Positions 27,437 through 35,553 of a stretch of 39,612 nt of DNA are shown piece by piece (the first letter of the stretch is position 1; each line of letters opens with the position of its first letter). Under the pieces are notes generated by a model that was given only the letters and a program-made list of their open reading frames with translations, made no database searches and was not told the DNA's origin. The DNA lies in IMG/VR virus record IMGVR_UViG_3300020716_000017, positions 1 to 39,612 of that record. One strand, given 5' to 3'. The stretch is from a virus (Duplodnaviria; Caudoviricetes). The translations under genes and the position numbers were made by a program.

Positions 27437-29331
27437 TACTGTCCCCCTGCTGGTGAGTGCAACGCTCCCAAAAGTTGTTTCAAATTGTCAAGTCCTTGGG
27501 GTGGCGCTCCGATAGGCGCACCTGCTTGAGCCATCGCTTGCTGGTCAGGCGGAGGGGTGCCAAGACCCGGCTGGTCCTCGGGCTGGACTTCGCCTCCCAT
27601 TCCTGGTCCACCGGGCATCCCAGGTACAGGTGGAGTAGGTGCTTGTCCCTGAGATCCTTGCTGCGAATCATTCTGCTTGTCAGCCTGTTCTTTCTGCATT
27701 TCCTTGTGGACCTGAGCGACCGCTTGCTCGATTGTAGTACGTCCGTCGCCCATAGCCATTGCAATGCGGGAAATCGTGTTGGGGTCAAGCTGTCCCTGAA
27801 CTGCCTGCTGTTCTAGGCCCGTCAGCAAAGCCTTCCGCAGACCTTCCATGTGGATGCGAGAGGTTTCCATCTCAGGGTCACGAATGAGCGGGTCCATCTC
27901 CATCGCAGACTGAATGGACATCTCACCGATGCCGACCTTTTGACCGATCATCACAGCCATTTGGTTAGCGTCGGACCCCGGCAGCGGATAAGACACTTTG
28001 ACCAAATCTGTCTCAAAAGCGTCGTTCGGCGTGTAGTCGGGGGGCGAGTTGATCTCACCGTTCATGCCAAGAAGGAACAGCGTTGGCTTGTTGCCGTAGT
28101 ACGCCTTCTGGACTGCGATAGCCCTGCGGATCTCGGCTTCCATTGAGGCAGCGAAGATTTCCTGTGTCTCTTGAATGTCAGGGTCTACGGCGGCAGACAT
28201 GACAGATTCACCACGGCGAGCGGTACGGATGTTGGAACCCGACTCACCACCCCATTCGGCAGGGATGCCGGCGCTTAGGCGGGCGCTGCGCTCAAGACGG
28301 TCAAGGGTTGCCTCGGAGTGCTGACCTGGCTGCGGTGACAACGCCATGATCGAGCCGTTCTGCAAGATACCTTTTTGTCCGGTTTTGCCATCGGCGTGCT
28401 GCACGATCTTGGCCGACATGCCGGAGGCGTTGGGGTGAGGCACAACCCATTCGTCAGGGAACACTCCACGCATGACAGCGATGGTGTTCAACGCATCAAG
28501 CTTGGCCTGACGCTGGAACATGCCCATCATGGCTTCAAACTTGCTCGTCACCTTGTCAAGTGCGATGCGAGTTGGGATGACCACAGGGCAAATGCCGGCA
28601 CGGTTGGGAATCCGGTCAAGGACGATGTGCGCTACGCCCGGAGTTGTCTCGCCACCCATGAACCCACGGGACTCACGCTTGGCTCCAACGGCAACAAGCA
28701 CGGTTTCCTCGGCATCAACGTACTCAAGGATGCTGAACAGCGTGTCGTCGGTGGACTTGCCGGTGTACAGAACCCCTGCCTGAGCCGGATAGTTCTGCTT
28801 GATCCAGCGCAACGTGCGCCAGTCCTCAAAGATGCAATCATCCGGTTCCATGTTTTCGGGGTCAATAGTGTCTGACGGGAACGTAGACAGAGGGTTACGA
28901 ACCCGCCAGAAAGGGATCTCACGCTTGTCGTTGCGATTCAGCGACACAGGGGAGATAGAGACTGGTGACGAAGCGTAGGCGACTTGGTATCTTGCTCGCC
29001 GGCGCATCTTCATCGTCATGTCGTTCATGTCAAACCAGCCGAGAGTCGCCATCCTGCGTTGACGTGACTTCTCAACTGATCCTGAGATGCTGGCCCGAAG
29101 CGCAGGATACTGAATGTCGGGTAGCACGGAGGCAACGCGAAGGGAGAACTGGTCAATGCCCTGAGCGAGCAGGTTCGCCACGGCGGGCTTTTCGTTTGCG
29201 TCTAGCTCAGGAAGGGGAACGGTGACTTCGTTGTTGTAGTGGGCGCTGATCTCTTTCATGCGCCGGAGGTAGTCTCCACGCTGCGTTACTCGCTGCTGAT
29301 GCAGGCCGGCGATTTCTTCTGCGCTACGCAT
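27436..29331 (-). CDS. Portal protein
   Basis: About 630 aa directly after terL; P/Q/G-rich C-terminal tail; start overlaps terL TAA. Confidence 0.85.
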   Translation of the reverse strand: MRSAEEIAGLHQQRVTQRGDYLRRMKEISAHYNNEVTVPLPELDANEKPAVANLLAQGIDQFSLRVASVLPDIQYPALRASISGSVEKSRQRRMATLGWFDMNDMTMKMRRRARYQVAYASSPVSISPVSLNRNDKREIPFWRVRNPLSTFPSDTIDPENMEPDDCIFEDWRTLRWIKQNYPAQAGVLYTGKSTDDTLFSILEYVDAEETVLVAVGAKRESRGFMGGETTPGVAHIVLDRIPNRAGICPVVIPTRIALDKVTSKFEAMMGMFQRQAKLDALNTIAVMRGVFPDEWVVPHPNASGMSAKIVQHADGKTGQKGILQNGSIMALSPQPGQHSEATLDRLERSARLSAGIPAEWGGESGSNIRTARRGESVMSAAVDPDIQETQEIFAASMEAEIRRAIAVQKAYYGNKPTLFLLGMNGEINSPPDYTPNDAFETDLVKVSYPLPGSDANQMAVMIGQKVGIGEMSIQSAMEMDPLIRDPEMETSRIHMEGLRKALLTGLEQQAVQGQLDPNTISRIAMAMGDGRTTIEQAVAQVHKEMQKEQADKQNDSQQGSQGQAPTPPVPGMPGGPGMGGEVQPEDQPGLGTPPPDQQAMAQAGAPIGAPPQGLDNLKQLLGALHSPAGGQ

Positions 29332-31217
29332 TAGGCCGAAGCTCCGATCCAAGACGGTCGCCACGCAGTTATATCAGGGGCGTTAGGCGTTGACAGGTTG
29401 GGAAGATTCCACTCAAAGAACCACTCAGCCATCACACAGTCATCCGTTCGCCCATGAGGATACTTCGTTACCTCGTCAATAAGGCGCATCCCGACGACCT
29501 TGCCATCCCCACGACCAGGAATCCTGACTCGACCAAAGCGCCAGTGTGGTGCGATAGTTTCCACACCAAACTCTGGATCGGACTTGTTACGACTGGTTGT
29601 GTGTGGGATGATGTCAACGTCGTTCAGCGAACGCCATCTACGCACATGGTCATATTGTAGCATGAAGCGTTGCGCGGCATTAGACTCGACAATCCAAGTC
29701 GTGATAGGAAACCCTAGCATACGCGAGGCATCTTGCCAGTCGTCCATGACTCCGACAAACTTTCCGTCCTGAGCTGACCAGTCTAAGAAGTCGGGAGCGT
29801 CCATCTTCTTGCGAAGAAGATCAATCAGGTATCTCCTGTCTGACTGTGGGTCATAGATCCACCATTGCACCGACCAGTAGTTTGTCGGGCTTGGGTCTGC
29901 GGTGGCAATGCTCAGACAATCGTTAGGATTCAACCCTGCGGGGATCTGTAGGCGATCCCTGTCGTGGTCAATGCAGCCCACAAACTCGTCGTGTCCGTAG
30001 ACCCATGCGTTCGGGACTAGGACTTCGGCGGGGTCTGAGTCCTCTTGCTGGTAGAGAACTGTAAATCTTTCGCCGCGATTAGCCATGAGGGTATTGACTT
30101 TGACCCACGGGATTCGTCGGGGGACAAGCAGGCATCCTTTGGGCCAAGGCTCTGATGACTTTTTGTGCTGTGAACCATCGCATCTGTCGTCGTAGTGGGC
30201 CTTGAAGATGATGTGGTGGTACTTCTTGCCTTCCCGACCCTCGCCAACCCGCTTAGTGAATTCTGCTTCGTCAATGTCGTCATCTTCCTCAATACCTGGA
30301 CTGTTCATGTCCAAGGCAAATCTGTACAAATCGTCGCCCGAGATCCGCTGCCCCTGCAAGATCAAGAGTCCACCCGGCTCAAGTCGAGTTTCACAAACGT
30401 CTTGGTAGACATCTTGGAGAGCTTCACGCTGCTCAACGGTACGCATCTTGCGAGGGTCAACAAGGTCGTCCCACATCACAAAGTCGTAACGTCCACCAAT
30501 GAACGAAGTGTCAATCCCGTAGGCAGACCACGTTGGTTCCTTTTCCGAGATGGCCCCTGTGTCGTCCGGCTGCATGACGATAAACGCTTCGTTGGTCCAG
30601 ATTTCCTTGTCCATCGGGCGGAAACGTCCAAAGTCCTGCGACAGCGTAGACACAGCATCCAAGGCATCGCCCCGTCGAAGTGCGTTGGCTTCGCCTTTCT
30701 CAGGCTCAATACGCTCAAAGGTACGCTTGAGTCGCATGAGGTTACGTTTGGCAAGACTCATGGTGGCCGAGCCAATCATGCCTCGCACAGCCCTGTTGCG
30801 ACAGGTGAGCCATGCAGGGATGTCGTGAACAAACGTCACGGTCTTACCGGAACCTGGCGGTGCGTTGATTACTGCGTATTCCTCGTTGGGAGTATCCAGT
30901 AAGTTTGCGATCTGCTGCGCTGCCTCGTTCTGCCACGGCACAGCAATACGCCCAAAGTACCGCTCTTGAAAATACCCAAAGTCCTCTAGCGCACGTTTGG
31001 CTTCTGCCGACAACTCCGAGTGCTTCTTGGGATTCGGGAGTTCTTGGGTTGCTCGAACAAGCTGCGCCTCTTGTCCCTTGACGTTGTGTGTCTCACGCTT
31101 TTCAAGACGTTGTGCAGTAGCGACAGAAAAACCGGCCTTCTTCGCTGAGTCCGATTGCGAGAACCCTGCCTCACGAAGCGACCAAAACTTTGCTTTCTGT
31201 GCTGGACTAATTGCCAT
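29331..31217 (-). CDS. terL: Terminase large subunit with N-terminal HTH
   Basis: Walker A APPGSGKT, Walker B FVMWDDL, LYQQE, nuclease ADPS / IVESNAAQ / TDDCVMA. Confidence 0.93.
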   Translation of the reverse strand: MAISPAQKAKFWSLREAGFSQSDSAKKAGFSVATAQRLEKRETHNVKGQEAQLVRATQELPNPKKHSELSAEAKRALEDFGYFQERYFGRIAVPWQNEAAQQIANLLDTPNEEYAVINAPPGSGKTVTFVHDIPAWLTCRNRAVRGMIGSATMSLAKRNLMRLKRTFERIEPEKGEANALRRGDALDAVSTLSQDFGRFRPMDKEIWTNEAFIVMQPDDTGAISEKEPTWSAYGIDTSFIGGRYDFVMWDDLVDPRKMRTVEQREALQDVYQDVCETRLEPGGLLILQGQRISGDDLYRFALDMNSPGIEEDDDIDEAEFTKRVGEGREGKKYHHIIFKAHYDDRCDGSQHKKSSEPWPKGCLLVPRRIPWVKVNTLMANRGERFTVLYQQEDSDPAEVLVPNAWVYGHDEFVGCIDHDRDRLQIPAGLNPNDCLSIATADPSPTNYWSVQWWIYDPQSDRRYLIDLLRKKMDAPDFLDWSAQDGKFVGVMDDWQDASRMLGFPITTWIVESNAAQRFMLQYDHVRRWRSLNDVDIIPHTTSRNKSDPEFGVETIAPHWRFGRVRIPGRGDGKVVGMRLIDEVTKYPHGRTDDCVMAEWFFEWNLPNLSTPNAPDITAWRPSWIGASA

Positions 31218-31319
31218 GAGGTATCATATCTAGTACCAACCTCCCTTGGTGCGTTCGGACCCCCACTTGAAAGTGCCGAGGGTCCAACGCGCCTTGGCGC
31301 TAAGAAAATTTTAGATTTT

Positions 31320-31589
31320 CTAGGGGTGCGTTGCAGGGGCAGGTGCGGATGCTGCCGGAGTGGTTGAGCTGTAAGAGGGGATGCCGGCGGCTCCCAGCAA
31401 CACTCCAAGTCTCGGATACTTGGCCTCCAACACCCTGACGACTGAGTAGTAGGCAATAGCGGCGGCAGACCCGATTGCTGAAACCACGGCGGGCTGGCTG
31501 ATGCCAAGATGCGCCAAGAGGGTTACAGCAAACCCCACAACAATCGGTGTGGCGGTCCTTACAATCGAACGTACAACGTCAGTCATCAT
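31320..31589 (-). CDS. Putative holin-like membrane protein
   Basis: SIVRTATPIVVG, two TMs, YYSVVRVLE.KYPRLGVLLG resembling actinophage holins. Confidence 0.6.
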   Translation of the reverse strand: MMTDVVRSIVRTATPIVVGFAVTLLAHLGISQPAVVSAIGSAAAIAYYSVVRVLEAKYPRLGVLLGAAGIPSYSSTTPAASAPAPATHP

Positions 31590-31722
31590 CTTCCTTTACA
31601 TGCTCTACGAAACAGTTAGGCCAGCAGTACCAGCGCCCGTTCTCCCTGAACGATGAACCGATGAACTGTTTACCGCATAAGTCACAACGCTTGGGTTTGC
31701 GCCTGAGTACGTCAGACAGCAT
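31579..31722 (-). CDS. Small zinc-finger protein (47 aa)
   Basis: CDLCGKQF...YCWPNC. Confidence 0.55.
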   Translation of the reverse strand: MLSDVLRRKPKRCDLCGKQFIGSSFRENGRWYCWPNCFVEHVKEDDD

Positions 31723-31847
31723 CTAGCTTCTCAATTGCCCCGTCCCATTCCTCTGCGTTGGCACAAAGGTTTTCGGCGGGATTCTTGGCGTGAACAGCGA
31801 TGTAGTCCCGACGCATGATGTCAGCGACTTGCTGCAAGTAGTGGTAC

Positions 31848-32102
31848 TCAATCTTTGTAATCCTGATAGTGCCGGTCATCATCATCCTCGTCCCCTGGAC
31901 AGTAGATCGCCTGATCGTGGAGCCTGATACCTTCAAGCACACCTTCCAGTGAACTAGATGTTACATGGTATCCGCAGTTCTCGCATTCCCATGATTCCTC
32001 AACCAACTCTGGATCGTAGTGCCGGCGATACTCAATCCAATCTCGAAGGATCAGTCCAGCGATCAAAACCCAAGGCAACACGAAAAGCGCAGCGGAGATC
32101 AT
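31848..32102 (-). CDS. Small membrane-anchored CxxC protein
   Basis: N-terminal TM, CENCG, acidic tail. Confidence 0.6.
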   Translation of the reverse strand: MISAALFVLPWVLIAGLILRDWIEYRRHYDPELVEESWECENCGYHVTSSSLEGVLEGIRLHDQAIYCPGDEDDDDRHYQDYKD

Positions 32103-32830
32103 GTCATTACCCTACAGCCTCCCATCGTGGCCTGCCGAAACCCTTGCTTTGAGCAATGTTGGGAAGCCCATGAATCAGTGAAACACAACCGTAATATTTG
32201 TCTCATTGCTCAAACACCAATAATCCCTTGGGTTACTACGCAGTAACTTGACCTGACACACCGTCAGAAAAATGTCGTGTGATACGATGCGTGGGTTCCA
32301 CCGAGGAAACACAGAACCCGCAAAGCGCAACCTAATAAACAACAGGGCGCTTGCGCTTCCTTCTTTCAGCTACCGCACCTGCCGGTTTGCTCTACGCCTC
32401 GCTTCGCTCGTTGTCATGGTCGAGTCATGTACGTTGTCCAGTGACTCTGCCTTGTTCCGGTTGGTTGTATTCAGCAGCTTTCAGTGTGACGAAATAATGG
32501 CTCTGAAGGAGTGGATCGGACCAATTGCCGTGATGTCGGCCTTGGCGATTGTCTGATGGCAAAATGAGGGCTGTACGTCAGGTAGATATACGGGCCTTTG
32601 ACAGCCACCCGCCTCGGCACACTCCCGGTCGAACCCCCAGACTGGCGATGGTTTGTGATGTTGTCTCACAATGTCGGACGTTCCAGGGGAATGGTCGCAC
32701 GTTCTCACATGTCTCACGATGATGGACAGGGTAGTTATGGGGAATGGGTAAGACTTGGCATATGACGATTTCTGATAGTTCCTGGCCAACATCACAGCAT
32801 GAGACAGGCCAGCTCAAGGTAGCTCGTCAC

Positions 32831-32885
32831 GATCGAAGAAATCTTCCCGTAAAGTCTTGACATATGAGACAGGGTTAATTACGAT
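32831..32885 (+). promoter_or_regulatory. Early sigma70/SigA promoter P1 with upstream conserved box
   Basis: TTGACA (32857-62), 17 nt, TACGAT (32880-85); GATCGAAGAAATCTT upstream. Confidence 0.85.
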
Positions 32886-32920
32886 CAAGAGTGGACCATC
32901 CAGCTAGGCAAGGAGACAAC

Positions 32921-33817
32921 ATGGCCACCATTAGTGAACTAGTCCCGATTGATTCCGTAAGTGTTCACCGCAACTATCGCGAGACCGTCGCTGATGAAGT
33001 CAGACGCATTGCAGACGACATGCGCGAGAATGGATATCGCGCCGCCTATCCGATCCTTACCGACATGCACGGCACCATCATTGCGGGCCACCATCGACAC
33101 GCCGCGGCAATCCTGGCGGGCCTAACGCATGTCTACGTTTCTAAGAGTGATGCAATGGCGGGATCAGCTGATGCACTACTAGAACAGATAGCGGAGAATG
33201 ATCTACGTCATCAATCGACTATCGTCGAAGATGGACGCGCATATCTGGCACTGGTGGACAGTGGCATGTCTACTGATGAGATCGCAAGGCGGTCGCGCCA
33301 TTCCCGTCGATACGTTGAAGATAGGTGCACCGTCGCGGGGCTTGACACCGTTGCGCAATCGCTTGCCATTTCTAAGGGTATTACTTATGGGTTGGTGTTG
33401 GCAGAGTTCCCGCATGACATGCAAGCAGACCTAGCGCGTAGGTTTTCAGAGCTTCCACGATCAGAGTTCTTCGCCGCGGTGGATAAGGCTCGCGCGGCAT
33501 GGCATGAAAGCATGAACGCCGGTGGAATGTTCGGTGATGGATTCACTCTAGAGTCCCAAGAATGGGACCTAGCCGCGGCCGCCTACGTTACTGAGGCAAT
33601 GCGAGAGGCGGAAGAGAAGCGCCAAGAGGAACTAGCCGCGCGCACCATCGTAGTGAAAGATACGCCTATGGGCCGCCATGAGCTTGCCGCGGCGCTAGGC
33701 GTATCAGTCGCCGCCATTGACAAGCGTATCCAACGCGGCACCCTTACCCCAGATATTACGGTGTCGGGTTCACCTATCTGGTACGGGTCTACCGTGGCCG
33801 AGATCATCTCGGCATGA
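32921..33817 (+). CDS. ParB/Srx-domain protein with central HTH and C-terminal AlpA/excisionase-like HTH
   Basis: IIAGHHRHAAA, QIAENDLR, GMSTDEIARR, MGRHELAAALGVS...PIW; AAGGAG RBS before ATG 32921. Confidence 0.85.
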   Translation: MATISELVPIDSVSVHRNYRETVADEVRRIADDMRENGYRAAYPILTDMHGTIIAGHHRHAAAILAGLTHVYVSKSDAMAGSADALLEQIAENDLRHQSTIVEDGRAYLALVDSGMSTDEIARRSRHSRRYVEDRCTVAGLDTVAQSLAISKGITYGLVLAEFPHDMQADLARRFSELPRSEFFAAVDKARAAWHESMNAGGMFGDGFTLESQEWDLAAAAYVTEAMREAEEKRQEELAARTIVVKDTPMGRHELAAALGVSVAAIDKRIQRGTLTPDITVSGSPIWYGSTVAEIISA

Positions 33818-33870
33818 TCAAAGAAATCTTATCAGAAACTATTGACATAGTGCTACTACGTCACTACCGT
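33816..33870 (+). promoter_or_regulatory. Early sigma70/SigA promoter P2
   Basis: TTGACA (33842-47), 17 nt, TACCGT (33865-70); GATCAAAGAAATCTT at the same offset as in P1. Confidence 0.8.
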
Positions 33871-33906
33871 TCTAATCAGTAACCAACTACAGAAGGAGAC
33901 AACGCA

Positions 33907-34413
33907 ATGACCAACACACAGGACACCACCCAAGCGCAGGAATACGCCGACAGCATCGCGGAGACGCTGCGCGCGTGGGATCTTATTTCTGACGCGTGGA
34001 CCGAAGCCGTGGGTCATGATGACGAGGCGCGCTACGCCGCCGTGTGGCTCCGTTGGCAGGTGCGCCACGGGGACGCAACGCAAGCGCGCTACGCACCGTT
34101 GGCTCTGTCTGAGATTGACGACCTTGGAGGTTTCGAGTTCGTTGAGGAGCAGGGCGGCCCCGGTATGGCATGGGGCTATGGCGCGTTGGACGCCTACGCG
34201 ATCACGCATCAGCGACCAGGCCAGAAAGACGACGTGCGCGGTGCTGAGTTCGTCGTATCGTTGGGCGGCCCGAGTTGCTACGTCAAGAACGACGGCAGCA
34301 ACACCACCATTACCGTCTACTGGGGCAGCGACACCGGGACAGCTCACGCAAGCTGCCAGGCCGTGGACGACGCCGCCGAAGCGATCATGGACGCCGCCGC
34401 CTACGGTTTCTAG
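33907..34413 (+). CDS. Acidic early protein of unknown function
   Basis: AAGGAG RBS; SLGGP...VYWG motif. Confidence 0.85.
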   Translation: MTNTQDTTQAQEYADSIAETLRAWDLISDAWTEAVGHDDEARYAAVWLRWQVRHGDATQARYAPLALSEIDDLGGFEFVEEQGGPGMAWGYGALDAYAITHQRPGQKDDVRGAEFVVSLGGPSCYVKNDGSNTTITVYWGSDTGTAHASCQAVDDAAEAIMDAAAYGF

Positions 34414-34478
34414 ACCAACGTCGAAACGCCGTAAGGCGTTCACCGGGAATGGTCCCCCGGTGCTGATGAGACAGACCG
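34413..34478 (+). ncRNA. Type II hammerhead ribozyme
   Basis: GTC-GAAA-CGCC(GTAA)GGCG-T-T / CACCGGG(AATGGTCC)CCCGGTG-CTGATGA-GAC. All core nucleotides and three stems present; loop I TGGTC complementary to flanking GACCA. Confidence 0.92.
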
Positions 34479-34494
34479 AACTAGGGAGGTTCTA

Positions 34495-34851
34495 ATGCAA
34501 CGGATTACACCTATCTACACCGCCACGGACGCCGAGCAACACCTTGCTCAAGACTGGCACGGAGGTCAAAACACCATGCTCCACGCGGTCGCGAGCACTG
34601 GCGCACTGGCACCGGGCGCTGCGTGGCGCGACACTTCAGAAAACCGTTGGAACCTTGCCGCCATGCTGGGCGCAGAGCTGCGCGACGTGCTGCGCGAGAT
34701 TCCGAAGGTTTCATTCATCGACCACGATGCCGACACCGCCACCGTTAAGGCGTGGATCTGCAAGATTGACGCCGTGACCGATGCGCTTGAGGATGGCTTG
34801 CCCACGTTCACCGACGCTTTGCGCGCCGCAGGTGTGCAGGTGACGGCATGA
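34495..34851 (+). CDS. Early hypothetical protein
   Basis: GGGAGG RBS; DWHGGQNTMLHAVASTG motif. Confidence 0.85.
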   Translation: MQRITPIYTATDAEQHLAQDWHGGQNTMLHAVASTGALAPGAAWRDTSENRWNLAAMLGAELRDVLREIPKVSFIDHDADTATVKAWICKIDAVTDALEDGLPTFTDALRAAGVQVTA

Positions 34852-35033
34852 CCCCATACGGAAACGATGTTTTCAGGCTCTCGATTCTTTGGGCGCTTGT
34901 CTTGTTCGTCATCGTGGCGGCAGGCACTCCAGAGAACGATCCGACCATGCTGGGACCGATAGCCGCGCTGATCGTGGGCGCGGGATTCGGTTGGGCGTTG
35001 GCAATCCGTCGAGAACTCCGCCGCCGGCGGTAG
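34848..35033 (+). CDS. Small two-TM membrane protein
   Basis: ATGA overlap; two hydrophobic helices, Arg-rich tail. Confidence 0.75.
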   Translation: MTPYGNDVFRLSILWALVLFVIVAAGTPENDPTMLGPIAALIVGAGFGWALAIRRELRRRR

Positions 35034-35082
35034 CTCATCGGCTAGGGCTTGCGGCTTCGGTCGTGAGTCCTGGCCGGTAGTT
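35032..35082 (+). ncRNA. Long G.U-rich C(UUCG)G hairpin (candidate RNA processing/stabilising element)
   Basis: 19 contiguous pairs 35037-55/35060-78, six of them G.U; extends further with one bulge. Confidence 0.65.
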
Positions 35083-35112
35083 CACCGGGAGACAATAAGA
35101 AAGTAGGAAAGT

Positions 35113-35280
35113 ATGACTTACCGCATAGGGCAAAGCCCTGAGAGCATCGCCGCAGAGCGATTCTATGGGACACCGAAAGACCACGCCGCGCTGCTGGATG
35201 GGCCAGACCCGCGCCACACGCCGGGGATCTGCCTAACGTGCCGCATCATTGACGAAGGTCGAAGCAAGGTGGAAGCATGA
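35113..35280 (+). CDS. Small early protein (55 aa)
   Basis: MTYRIGQSPE...HTPGICLTCRII; AGGA RBS. Confidence 0.7.
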   Translation: MTYRIGQSPESIAAERFYGTPKDHAALLDGPDPRHTPGICLTCRIIDEGRSKVEA

Positions 35281-35438
35281 CCGCCGCCGCTGTTTACCGT
35301 GAACTAGAGCGGACCAGCGATGGGGGCTGGCGCTACTTCGCCCCCGGTACTGGCAACCCGCACAGGGCCTACGGCTACACCAAGCGTGAAGCCGCTCGAC
35401 TCATCGCCGCACGACTAGCTGAGAAGGTGACAGCATGA
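35277..35438 (+). CDS. Small early protein (53 aa)
   Basis: MTAAAVYRELER...YGYTKREAARL; ATGA overlap. Confidence 0.7.
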   Translation: MTAAAVYRELERTSDGGWRYFAPGTGNPHRAYGYTKREAARLIAARLAEKVTA

Positions 35439-35553
35439 CACCGTTTCAGGATGACGCGCTACGGCTGTTTTAGCCCACACCTAACCCACACCCAGCACGG
35501 AGACGAGGAACGTGCTACGATCACCCACAGCTAGTCGAGAGACGAGCGCGATG

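Noticed and set aside
35032-35082. UUCG hairpin as an intrinsic terminator
   Set aside because: No U-tract follows on either strand, and RBS-bearing genes continue downstream without a new promoter.
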